64,000 nucleotides of DNA from Takakia lepidozioides (Eukaryota > Plantae > Bryophyta): contig CM060732.1 in NCBI GenBank assembly GCA_030704615.1, positions 13,392,001 to 13,456,000 of the forward strand. The letters are read 5' to 3'. Of the stretch, positions 24,522 through 37,068 are shown in pieces. Position 1 is the first letter of the stretch. The number at the start of each line of letters is the position of its first letter. Both the position numbers and the translations under genes were made by a program. The notes beneath the pieces were generated by a model. The model did not search any database and was not told the DNA's origin. It saw only the letters and a list, made by a program, of their open reading frames with translations.

Positions 24522-27500
24522 ATGGGGGTGATTCCCGTGAGCTTGAAGCCACAGGACCCCAAATTACAGCGCACCCGTGACCGTTCGGGTGAGAAGAATC
24601 GATTAAGGAGAGAAGATTGCGAGCACGTCAAACACGACAGGCTTTTCTCTAGCTGGAAGGTACTTGCTTTCTGTAAATTTGCCATCTTGTCCAGGCCCTC
24701 GTCTTCCTTTTAATGCAGCAAATTGTCTCTTCTTCCCGAGTTTTCAATGTATCCAGTGCTCAGGAGAGCACTGATGCAATTGATTGTCACTCAAGTTGTT
24801 TCCAAGAGGACTATGTGTACAGTCCATTGCGACTTGGAGACAAAATTACACTAAAGAATGTGTGACACTCTGCCAATTGCAACCGAAGGCAATTTATTAC
24901 TTACGACCTGTTCATTCAGAAAGTTATCTTGACAGGTTTTCTAGTAGATGCTTGACTACAGGATATGTGTGAATACAAAGTTGAAAGATGGATCTTTCTT
25001 TCTCTATTCTCAGGGTCTGCTAGAGTGCCTAAGGCACTGGACCTCAGACTCTCACACACCAGCTTCTCCATTGCAGGGTGTCGCTGGGGACCTTGTTATC
25101 TCCACATAACCTCGTTTGTGACAATCCCCTGAAAGGAGTAATTCCCGGGTTATGGTGGCAAGATCAAGGGCTTTTATTTGGGCGTACTTTTCTTCCTTTG
25201 CCTTCAAAGGACAAACCAATTTGTTTCTTTTACATTCCATGCTTTTAAGTTTAAAGACAGGCAGAATTAATTTCAAGGTATCTGGAACGTTGAGGAAAGG
25301 CAGTACCATCGAGCTATGCTCTAGGCTATGTTATCCAAACTTCTTGGTTTCCACTTGGCTTTGATGAAATGCAACAGAGTAAGATGTATGTATGCATTAA
25401 GGATGAACTAGGCAGAGACTGAGCATACTGACCAGAAAGACACGAAGAACAAAAAGAAACTTCATATTATAAACGCCAAGCTGAGCTTGCGGGACAAAGG
25501 AAAACACAAAACAAGATAGAAAAGGAAAGTGGGGCCCCGAACAAGAACCAGAAGCTCCGCGTCCAGGGAGTGAGAGACATAAAGACAAAAGTGCACTGTA
25601 TGATGTCAATGGAAACAGAGCCAAGAGAGGAAGGGGACCCAAGGGCGAAAGGGCCAGGGCTGGGAGAAATGAAATGGTACTTTATAATGTCCGCGGGAAG
25701 CTCAAAGAGCTTATGGGAGGGAGAACGATTCTCTATTTGGGATTCCTCATTTGGAAGAAGCTGGAGTAGAAAGAATTTGCCCCGCCACAATTCCTAGTGA
25801 ATTTACTTTACTGCTTATTAATATTGGGCTTTGAATGCAGATACTAGTTGGCCCGTCAGACTGGAAAGAGCATGCTGCAGGCAAGGAAGGTATTGATAGG
25901 TACCGGCTTCACAACCTCCCAGGCAGCCACTTTGGGCCAGGTGTATATGAGCTCGGGGTGACAGCACCAGCCTGGCTACCAAGTCCCTACGGGCGTAGTG
26001 CACGCAACCTAAAGAGGCAGGATGTAGTGGTGGTTTATGTAGGACAGGCAGAGAACATTCGGCAACGACTTCAGCGGTATGGACAGACAGGTGCACACCT
26101 TGAAGGTTCAAGGTTAGTCATCCTCCTGTTTTGGCTTGTTTGTTAGGCCATAAGGAATTGGAGTTTAGTGGTGAAAGAACCAACCCATTGCTAAGAGTTG
26201 ATTCATGACAAATCTGTCATTTTTTCAATGGATCAATATTTTGGTTGATGGTTTCTGGAATCTACCCAGGGGGAAGGGGGCAAAGCCTAGCTGACTGCCT
26301 TTTATTTGACGACGCAAGAATAATCCCAAGAAATGCCCTTCTTTCCCACAGCTGGACACGTGTCTTCTTTGTGGGATTGAGGTTTTCTTACTGATTTCAA
26401 GTTTCCTACTGGAGTCTCACACTCCTACTCATGGCCCCTCCTACTATTTCTTGAAGATATTTGCACACACTCTCTCCCTTGTCTTGTTCATACAGTGTGT
26501 GGATGTTGCAGATGGTATGGGCAGAAAGGTATCTTGTAGATCGGCTGAACATAATATCCTCAATGAGTCCCTCTGATGAGATTTACCGGCTTGATTTGCA
26601 GTTCCTCAAGATTGTTTTTGATAACAAATGATTCACAAAGTGGCAGCTGTAAATCGGGGCTACGAACCCATGGCATGGAAAGTCCAAGTGAAGAAAACCT
26701 GTTCCCTGATGTGGAGAAAGGATCTCCACATGGCCCACGCCTATTTTCAGAGGTGTTTGCCCTTGGTTGTTCAATTGTGTTTCGGTGGGCAGCGGTGAGC
26801 ACTGGTTCTTCCTGTTTACCTTTCTCCACTTCAATTCTGCATAGTTCTTGGGTTTAGGGTCTTGCTCGCGCAAAAGCTGTCACCTTTAGGTCTACAAAGT
26901 GCCCATTTCTCACAAGGCCCATAAGCTCTTTGAGCTTTCCGTGGACGTTACAAAGTACCATTTCATTTCATTTCACAAGGCCCCATAGACATTAGCTTGC
27001 ACACTCTTGCTTTTTGCTATCCCTGGGGTGGATCTTCACTATTTTAACTTGGGCTTGTCCCAAATTAAGGACAGAATGCTGACGGTTGTGGAGAAGAACT
27101 GGCAATTGTTTTTGGAAAACAAGCAAAGTTCTGTTCTGGCAGGTCTAGTCAACTATTTGAGACAAATCGTGTAGACATGTATGAATAAGGCCCACTAACA
27201 TTCTGCCAATGGTGTGACTGCCACTTAATTTAACATTGTCTGTTTTTTCCTCAGACCGACAGCAAAGTGGTTGCAGCTCAAGTGGAATCAGAGCTTCTAT
27301 CAGTTTTTGACTATGCTTGGAACAGGGGCAGAAATGGGGCCCGCCGCTCCCGGGATGTTCTTGCCAAACTTTTCCTTGGCTTGCCTGGAGAGAAGACCTT
27401 ATGTGGCTGGAATTCTTCTGGGAAGAAATCGGTCCTCTTTGGTTCCAAAAGGGTCGGCATCACCGTGGCAGTACAAAAACCAGTAGAGGGCTCTGTTGGC

Positions 27501-28016
27501 CTCACACCAGCCAGCGACAGCAAGGTCGGAGACTTCAGTTTTCTACTGCAAAATCTTCCTCAGCTTCTGTCTGTTGGGAGTAAGGGCGGCAAGCAGTGCG
27601 AGTTTACAAAGCTGGAAGTGACAGGAGCTCGCTGTGGAGTTTTACTTGATAATGGTATACGGTGTAACACTCTTCCAGTGAAAGGTCGAAAGCGCTGTCT
27701 TATGCACAAAGGAATGAAAGCAAGAGGCCAAGCACAATCATCCACAGACAGTCAATGTTTTTCACAAGTTACTTCTGCAGGATTGCCTGGAAAGCAAACT
27801 GATGGCGTGCAGCTTGACGATGGTGGAAAACAGGAATCTGACAAGGTTACTGTTTGTGGGTCCGTTTCGCCTATTAGATCCTTGTGTCTACCTTTGGCAG
27901 GTAAGGGCAAAAAACAGCCCATCTCCCAAACTGGTAGGCGCCCAAGAAGCCTTTCATTCAATTCATGGATGAAAGCTGAAGACATGCAGAATTCTGAGCA
28001 CAGAGGAGAGAGATAG
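24522..28016 (+). CDS. EFFECTOR OF TRANSCRIPTION (ET/HRT)-like protein: GIY-YIG-like domain plus ET Cys/His repeat; ~454 aa
   Basis: Exons 24522-24659, 25841-26112, 26602-26794 and 27255-28016 with GT-AG introns join in frame. Motifs RLRREDC..KHD..FSSWK|ILVGPSDW..GKEG..RYRLHNLP, PGVYELG, VYVGQAENIRQRLQRYG, FDYAWN and CGVLLDNGIRCNTLPVKGRKRCLMHKG. Confidence 0.9.
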
Positions 28017-28494
28017 AGGGCAACAACCCACAATTGGCTGTATAATGACTTTTAATAGAAGTCTGAGTGCACCTCTTCAAATACCTTGTCTTCCTTCTTA
28101 CAAAGGGACCACCTGTGGATAGGTCAATTGGATAGTAACTGGGTGGTACGCAGGTAATGTGGGGTTCAGATGTTGCCATCTTATCATGTGTGGTATTATG
28201 CCTTGTGGCCTCTGGTCAGATGATTGAAACAACTTTTCCTTCTCTAGTAAGGACTTTAAATGTGAGATGTAACTCCGAGTTTTCCTTAAAAACATTAAAC
28301 ATGAAAAGTTAATTGAAGAGTAAATCGATATTCTAAACTACACTACAAAAATAAAGTGGCCCCTCAGACTTATACATAAACAATTATCAATTTCCACTTT
28401 GGCAGACAAAATATATAAAAAGTACCCTCTAACTGATGAGTAACAATGTGAACAATTGAAAGTAACATATGTAAACTACACAATCACTCCTAAC

Positions 28495-31400
28495 TTATAA
28501 TGACTCACCTGCAATATCCACAAACTCTTGTCTTGTATACAGAGCAGCATACTGCCCTCCCTGCTTTAACAGAGAATAATGGGTACCCTCCTCTACTAAC
28601 CTCCCTCCATCCAAAAGCAAAATCCTATCTGCATGTTGCACGGTTTCTAGGCGGTGTGCAATCACGAACACCTGCCATGTTCACAGCTAACTGTCAGCCA
28701 CAAAACCTTGAATTTCACCTATGTGGTCAACAGAAGAGAGTGACGGCTAGAAGGAGACAGGAAATGGTTGAGAAAGTGCTTCCAAGCCCAACCTGCAGTG
28801 AGTAGAAAAAGGGTAAGGAGAGGAAAAAGGTCCCAAGAAAGGCAAAAGGGTTCCAAACAATCCTAACTGGAACACCATTCTTTGTTCTAACTGTCAGAAG
28901 ATAGAGCAATTCAAAACTGAGCAATTACATCTACTTGTCACTTAAGTGCAGTTGTGCTTGTTAAAACATCTTCTAATACTCATATCCTTGCTGTTGCACT
29001 ACGGTTTTCATGTTCTCGGCACCTGCAAATACTTACGCATTCATCCAGTGAACATCCTGTCAACATTCCCGACAAACTACAACACTGCCTCCATATGGGT
29101 GAATGCAGCTGAAGCCACCACCTAGAACTTAAATAGACTTGGTTTCCCTTCGGAATGATTGAATAGAATACGTACGGTGCGGTCGAGTGTCAGACGTTCC
29201 AAGGCCTCCCTTACAAGCTTTTCTGACTTGTTATCCAGAGCAGAAGTTGCCTCATCCAATACCAAAATGGAGGCCTTTTGGTAGATAGCCCTTGCAATTG
29301 CCAATCTACCCAGCACACATACGACACACCCAAGGTGCACATGAACTCGAAAGCATTATCAGAATGGGAGATGATATAAAGAGGAGAGACACTGGCCAAG
29401 ACAGGGCAAGAATGTACTCATAAGACATTGTGGCCAAAGACAGGGAAGGAGACAGACATGGAGAAAGAGCAAAATGAAAGAAAGAGTAAAATTATGATGT
29501 CCACACCTTTGGCGTTGACCACCACTCAGGCAGGAAGCGCGATCACCCAGATGCGTGTTATACCCATCTGGTAGCTTCTTGATGAAGCCTTCTGCATTAG
29601 CAAGGCGTGCTGCTAGTTCTATCTCCCTCATGTTCAACTTCTCATTCATGTCTCCATATGCAATGTTCTCGGCCACTGTTCCGGTAAATAATGTCTGCAG
29701 CCCCCATCTTTCATATCAGCAAGAAGAGAGTACAGAAGGGCCAAGAGAGAGAGGAGCTTAGGGCCTCCTCCCATTGACCTGCGATATTTGAATCCTACAT
29801 TGGGTAATCCAATAGATATCCCATGTCACTGGAATAAAGGGTGGATTGCCCCCATTGGCACCTAATTAAACCCCTGGGAAAGCGAGCTGGTAGAGCTCAA
29901 TCAAGAACAAGAGAGCCAAGGGTATCCTGCTGGCACTAACAGGTCATCTCGCGAAAGCAACCGGCTACTGCCGGTGATAGAGAACCTGAAGGCAGGGGTC
30001 ACAATCTCAGGTGGCCAGGAAACTCATAATGCATTATTGCCAACGGGGCAATTTTGTGTTCAGCCCCAAAAAGACTTCTCATCTCCAATGGGAGCAGGCC
30101 CTTGGCAACATCCATTAAAACCCCAGAGAGCATACAGGACATTGAGGCATGGAGAGAGAGTGAGAGAGACCGTCTCCTGAGGCACGATTGCCACTTGCTG
30201 GCGTAGGCTTTTGAGGCTAAGTTCGGATATGTCATGCCCATCGATTCGTACTGATCCTGTCCTTCAAACAGGATTGGAGTTACTGTCAACTTAGACAAAA
30301 AGGCACACTCAAAAGATATATGCTGATGGATCCGTAGGACGGAAGTGTGGCAACAACAATGTCAATCCTCGCCAAATAGTGGGCATTACTCACACTCTGG
30401 ATGATAAAAAACACTTCTATGGGATTCTAGGCCTTGACAGACATCTGGCATATGTTGGCACACTGTATCATCTGGTTGGCTTTCACACTACTCAGCTGCC
30501 GAGCTTCAGAAGGGTTTAACACAGAACCAAGTCACCTTCGGTAAAATGAATGTCGGTTCCCTCCTGCAAATTAGGAACTTCTCGATGGCAAAATAGAAAC
30601 ATGGCAAAAGAGGCTAACATCCTTGCAACCACAAATTCTTACCACAAACAGGATCATAGAGGCGAAGTATCAATTTGGTAAGGGTGGTCTTCCCACCCCC
30701 TGAAGGTCCCACCAGCGCCACTGTCTCGCCTGCATGGACTCGCAAAGAAATGTCATTTAACACCCAGGGTGATGTGTCTCTGTAGCGGAATGCGACATTG
30801 CAGAGTTCAACTTCTCCCAAAACTCTAGTCAGGGGGGTCATGCCCACTTTCTCAAGCACCTGCACCCCATCAACAAATAGTTCAAGAATTTACATAATTG
30901 TGTCTTAGTAATAATACGCACACAGCATATTCACAAAATCATATAGACCTTATAAGAAGATCAGGTGTAGACTGCAAGTTACCTCTGGCTTGAATGATGT
31001 CAGCTCAAAAAGGCGCTCGATTGCTGGCTCCCCTTGCTTCAATTCGTTGTAAGCTCTCCCCATCATCTGCGCACAAATTCTTTGTGATCAACTTCAGGAA
31101 AACGTAGCTTCATTAGGAAAAGTGCGATACATCGCTATTTCTTTGCAATAACTGGAAGCAAGAGGTAGGGAAAAAGGAAATATGCAGTCATTAGACAACG
31201 ATTGTCAGATAACCATACAGCAGAGAGGGAGAGGAGTAGGCATGCCTGGATCGGTTCAATAAGAAGCACCAATGATGTCATGAAAGACACCATGCCTGCT
31301 CCATCAAAGCTCCCTTGAGAAATTGCCCATGTGCCCACCCCGAAGAGCACGACCGCAGTTGCCGCATACACAGCCGTAATCACTTCAGGAATGAGAGCCT

Positions 31401-33295
31401 GCATCCTCTTTTTGCCAAGGCACGCATAGCAGTCTGCAAGTGCAAGCCTCTCAAATCGCCGCTGCTCAAATGCCTCAGCAGCATGAGCTTTGACGACAAA
31501 CATGGACGGCAGGACCTGTCCATTTTAAAGAGTACAGTTTCCTCCAATGTGACCATGGTGCTTTGAACCAAGTACTCTGAAACCATAGAAATATCCAATA
31601 GTGCTTTGAGTTGTAAGTTCAAATCTTCAAACAGAACCACAAGGTCTTGAATGTAAGACGTCTTATGAATTCTTGCATAGAGCCTCTGGGTGAGGATAAA
31701 CCTCATTGAGATAGGCCGAAATGCTGGCAACACTCGCCTTTCCCTTTTTAGCCAGCTGCCGTAACTTTCCCCCCAGTATTGCTATTGCCACAGTCATCAC
31801 TGGCACCACCTGGTCCCATCCATATCCACATGAACATAAATTTAGTACCAAGAAATCGAGACAGCAAAGAAGATATAAGAGATGCAGATGAAATGTACAT
31901 CAGCCTTGGATTGAATCATGGAACCTGAAGAATAACATGCACCTTTAGGTCAATTGTGAGGCTTGTGCCCGCAAAATAAATGACAATACTCCTCTTCTCT
32001 CCAGTCATCTGACTTCTTTATGACAGATTATTGGTTTGAATTCAGGCTAGTCTCACCACATGCAAAATAGTTCAATGAGATATACTCACGGATATGGTGG
32101 CGATGGAGAGGAGGGGACTCAGCATGACCATGCGGGTGGCCATGGCAGCCAATTGGAGAAGGCTAGGGACCAGCATCTGCAGTCATTTCTCAAAAAAGCG
32201 CTATCTTTTAAGCCTCCATCGAAATAGAACTTCGGCTAAAATTTGAATTCAAACAGTATCAATTTCCTGCCATGAGAGAAGAAAAGAAGGAATTATTGGG
32301 TCTCCGAGGACCCTAAGGGCACAAAACCAGAGACTTACTGTGGCCCGCTGACAGAACACAAAGAAAGAACCAAAGATATGAGACGGCAAAGTGTAAGGCA
32401 CTTCAGATGTTCGCAGCACTAAATGCCTAGGCCAGAGAGAGAGAGAGGGGATGATGCGAATGGTGGGAGGCTTACAAACAGAACTGGAAGCAGAGAGCAG
32501 TAAAAAAGAGACTAGGGTGGCAGTAAGCAAGATAGATGTCTCACGCACATGAAGGAGGGCGTAGACTGTGTTCCCAGCATCTTCAGCTTCAGCTGTCAGG
32601 GCAGCTTCCCATAGGAGCGCCTGCTGCCAGAACTGTGCCACTGACCTCGCAGCCACGAGCGACAACACTTTCACAGCCTTCTTAGTCAAGCTGCTTAAAT
32701 CACCCTTTGCGAGTAAGTTTGACAATCCCCCAATCTCCGGCACAAACAGAAAGACAGCGCCCACAGCAACCGCTGTGCAAAACCATCCCTTCAATATGAT
32801 GGGCATTTGAGGGTAGACGAATGGCTTCGTTTTCCGAAGTGTCTTGCTGAGGGGTATAACGCCCTCCCATGAAAACGACTTAGAGCTCGATGATGTATGT
32901 GTAGGGTTTTGGCCAAAATCATGTGTGTTAGAGGAAGTAGGTGAATCTGATGAACTAAACGTAGTAGACGCCTCCCGTTTCTTCGGTCCATTTGTAACCC
33001 TGGGAGAAGCGACTGAGCTGCTTTCAATCCCTTTCCAAAAATGGATTTCAACACTGCATTGGTACCGCATACTGGCAGAACCAAGAAACCCCGGAGAATA
33101 GTGTTGCCTCTCATCATTTTGACCACGATGAGGAGAGCTAGAAAGAGACCATGGCTTACCTAGGCAATAAATCTTCTGTACCCCTTGTCGTGAGCGACAA
33201 TTCAGCCTTGGAGATGAACACTTCCCCCATTCAGCAACGCCCTTCTCTCCTGTGAGACGAGTAATTTGCATTCCAGCCGAATTGAAGGACAACAT
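28495..33295 (-). CDS. ABCB29: Chloroplast ABC half-transporter, ABCB29-like, with an apparent in-frame internal deletion; possibly defective
   Basis: Transit-peptide-like N-terminus; [26 protein letters not shown], Walker [10 protein letters not shown], signature LSGGQRQR, Walker [21 protein letters not shown]. Ten exons join in frame; one donor is GC (CAG|GCATGC, ~31245). The stop at 28495 assumes no further 3' intron. Confidence 0.85.
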
Positions 33296-33899
33296 TACTC
33301 AATGGAGCACTCAATACTACCTAAGAAGATCGTAACCCTTTCTTTCTCACACACAGGCTTAGGCACACGGCTTGACAGCCCACGCAGGATCATGCCAAGG
33401 CTGCCCAGTAGATTGCCGCATGCTTGAATGGCGAAACTAATCGATCTTTCTGTCAGAGAGTTCTCCGAAGTGACAACAACATCACATCTACTCCTCATCT
33501 ACTCTACTCATTTAAGAGTCCACACTGTGGGTTGGAAGGGCGACAAAATTTGACGATTGTACCATCCAAATAAAGTTCTTGGTCCAGTAAATTGATTCAA
33601 CAAAGAAAGATTTTGTGAGCGTACAATTAATGTCTACAGAACATATTCATTTGTGGGTCTTCGCTGATTCAGAAATGTTGACAAAGCAATCTGGTCATAC
33701 TTTGGGCTCAACTCAGGGCTGAGTTAGAGAAAGATATGTTTTTCATACAAACCGGTGTCGCGGCTGTGGAGCATAGGACTATTTCTATGAATCGAAATCC
33801 GTGCGGGTTGCATCCTAGAATATTGAAAGAGACGGCTAAGAGCTTCATGATCGGTTGACTGCTGGTCATAAATATATTTCTTTTGGGTGACAGTATTTG

Positions 33900-34152
33900 T
33901 CAGTGCATGCCAACATGGTTTTGCAATTCGTCCAACTGGTTGGCTTGTTGTTTGCCCGTATTGTGTTGTTCATCGATTTTGATTCCGTGCTCGATGCTCA
34001 GCTTCTGTAGGGCATCAATTCGCAAAAGAAGAGCATCATGGTTTTCTTTCATCTTCCCTTCCATCTCTGTCCTCAGCCGCGTCTCCAAATCTCCAATATT
34101 CAGCTGCAGTAGAAGAGTGCTTCAAATGGTTTGGTGATTCTAGTCGTGTGAG

Positions 34153-34199
<47 letters not shown>

Positions 34200-35428
34200 G
34201 AAGATCTTGTTCACCAACTTCCAAAATCTCGAGGCTCAGCCTAAATTAGCCCTGGCCCTGTCCGGTCTACTTTGGGCTGCTCACACAGAGCTCACACACC
34301 GCAGATTGATGCTTGTGTGAAGGGCTTTCTAGAGGATATCTGGAAAGCCCGAACTGATTGTTGATTTTAAGGTAAGACCCACTACTGGCGCGAGCCCCTC
34401 ACAAAGGTAGCACGCCTATTCCCTCTGCTTCCGTCCAAACTGGGCCCGCCGGGGTCTGTGTCCACAACGCTAAGGCAACAAAGTCTTATGAGTACATTCT
34501 CTCTCTCTCTCTCTATGGAGGCCACCTTAGTGACCGATTGGGGCCTTGTGGAGAAATGAAATGAAATGAAATGGTGCTTTATAACGTCCGCGGAAAGCTC
34601 GTATGCGGCCTAGTCTTATTTTCAATCACAGCAGTGGAGGTCTGGGAGCCTGATCGAGCTATATCTTTTAACCTTTCAGTTATAAGCTAGGACTTTGAAA
34701 AGCAAGTACCACCTTCAGAAATCATAAGCGACATGCAGGGTTGTGTGGACGAGTGTCTCTAGCTATTGGGGAGTGATCTCTACATCTCTGCTATTCCAGA
34801 TCAATGAACTATCTCTGAAGGATCACGATTTTCGTTGTCAACTAAGGTATCAAAATCTTAGGATTTTCCTTCTCACATCCGCTCTGCCAACTGACTACCT
34901 TCAAAGCGATGGATAGAACTTGAGCTGGACATCAATTCATATTTAGAATCTCCTGTCAGGCTATCTAGAGGTGTACGTGATACGAGCATGTATAACTGAT
35001 CTGTTCACACATGGACGTACAGAGATCAGAGACTAGAAAGAGAGCGTCGAGAACTGATATCGAGCATACCGGGTAGCTCTAGAATTGACGTTGTCAAGAG
35101 CATTTTATCAGTGAGCCCAAATCATGTGACTGTCAACTTTGAAAACAAATAGATCTGGACAATCGTTCGCATGCGAGAAAAGTTAATCACGAAAGTTAAA
35201 GACCTTCGTTTGAACCGCGTTATCGTACAAGCGATCAAACTGATCGGCGATGAATTCTGCCTGCTCTCCAATCATCAGCTGGAGCTCGGAGGGGGGCAGC
35301 GGCTCCACCTCAGCCGGACCGGCAGGTTCCTTTCCATCTTGTCCTTTTTCTCCTTCCTCTGTCTCTTCTTCCTCCTCCCCCTGTCCTTCCTCCTCGTCCA
35401 GTTCCTCTTCCTGTTCCGCATCGTCCAT
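33900..35428 (-). CDS. Hypothetical ~142-aa protein with Glu-rich N-terminus and predicted coiled coil
   Basis: Exon 35428-35204 (ends AAG|GT) and exon 34103-33900 (after ctgcag) join in phase 0; protein-like composition; no recognised family. Confidence 0.45.
34157..34197. repeat. (TC)n microsatellite
   Basis: About 20 uninterrupted TC units. Confidence 0.95.
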
Positions 35429-37068
35429 TTCCTTTTACTACTTATAAACAGGCTAGTGCGTTTCCTTCCTCCTCTGCCGCAACAATCAATATTTCTCTCT
35501 CTATGTCTCTCTTACTCCCTCTCTTCTGCACACCTAGCTTGTTACGCTCTCTGCTACTGAACTACAAATCAGACGTTTTTTTATTGTGTAAAGTTCTATC
35601 TCCACATCTCATACTCTGCACACACGAATAAACCCACTCCTCTCTCTCTCTCTCGTCTCCCACACACAAGTACAAACCCAATTATCTGTCCCTTCTTAGT
35701 ATGTATGTATCTGTCTGTATAACAGTGCAGTGTACAATCAGAGAAACAGTGCTCCTGAAGAGTGGAGGCGCGAGATCAGAAACCTCAGAAGATCTCGGTA
35801 GCTCGTCTTTGAAAGGGAGCGCAACGCTCCAAATAAGGGGCCTCCTCACATTGCGCTTAAGTTGAATTCTTCGAATTCCAAGCATTTAACAATGGAGCTT
35901 CGGTTAGTTTCTTAACCCTTAGTCTTAACATATAGGATTTGATGCTTAACTGTCACTATAATTTATAAAGATGTTTATCTGTTCAAATGGAGAACCCACT
36001 GAGAGATACCATCTGTCCAGCGTAACTGTAGTTAGGTGAGAACTCTAATTGAGAGACTTGTAGCAGCAGTAATGTCAATGATGTGTGTCTTGTGTGTCTT
36101 GTACCCGCCCTGCAAGTGCAGAACCCAAAGGTCAGCCTTGTCCGACATTGTCTTCCACTAAGCTATGGCGCAGGAGGTTCAAATACAGCATCTATCCATG
36201 AGCATTTAGACTGAAGTATGCCATGAGTTCGTGCGGGTATAACTAATATTTAACTAGATCGCGGTGGTCAACTATGGAGAACGTAAGTATGTCGAGTAAG
36301 TTTATCGAGCTTTCCCTTCGAGGGATTTCCTGGGTGGTTTTGTGAAGGAGGCGCACATTTAGATCGGCAGCATGGACAGTATGGACTGCTGGGAGCTCTG
36401 TGAGCATTTAAGCAGCATGTTAGCGATCATTTTGCATTGATAGGTTGTCGAAAGCTGCTGAGAAGATTTACAAGTTAACACAAGAACAAAGAATCATGGA
36501 CGACCGTCCACATTGACGACTGTATGTAACTCTTAGAGCCGAGAGTCGAAAGAAAGGAACTTAACTAAATTTATTACGTCCGCGGGAGGGTAAATTAAGG
36601 GCTTGGCAAGGAACGTTTGTAGAGCAGATACTTTGGAACCAATTCACAGAGAAGCGCGAGGGAGAGAAAGAAGAGATCTCATAGGATCTGTCTCATTTAC
36701 AACATGTAGGGTTACTATTTACACAAATGTACCATGCTCCACTGTTAATATGGATACCTGATGAATGACTAAAGTCTAATTACAGTGCGCGAAATAACTG
36801 TACTGCGGACTAAGCGGGCTAGCTATGTAACAGTAGACAATTTCTCAGCTTCGCCTTCGCTTCTTCCCAACAAAATCTCCTTGCAGGTAGTTTCTTAACA
36901 TGCCGGTCCAGATGATTTCTAGGTCCTACACGCAAGGATTGGTCTTCAAGGTCTGGTACCTAAGCCTTTCAGGATCCAAGAAGTACGAGCTCTCGACAAT
37001 GCCACAGGTGAAGATTCTAAAATTTCAGTTCGAAACTAATCCCTGTAGTCACCATGCAGCTGTGGTCG

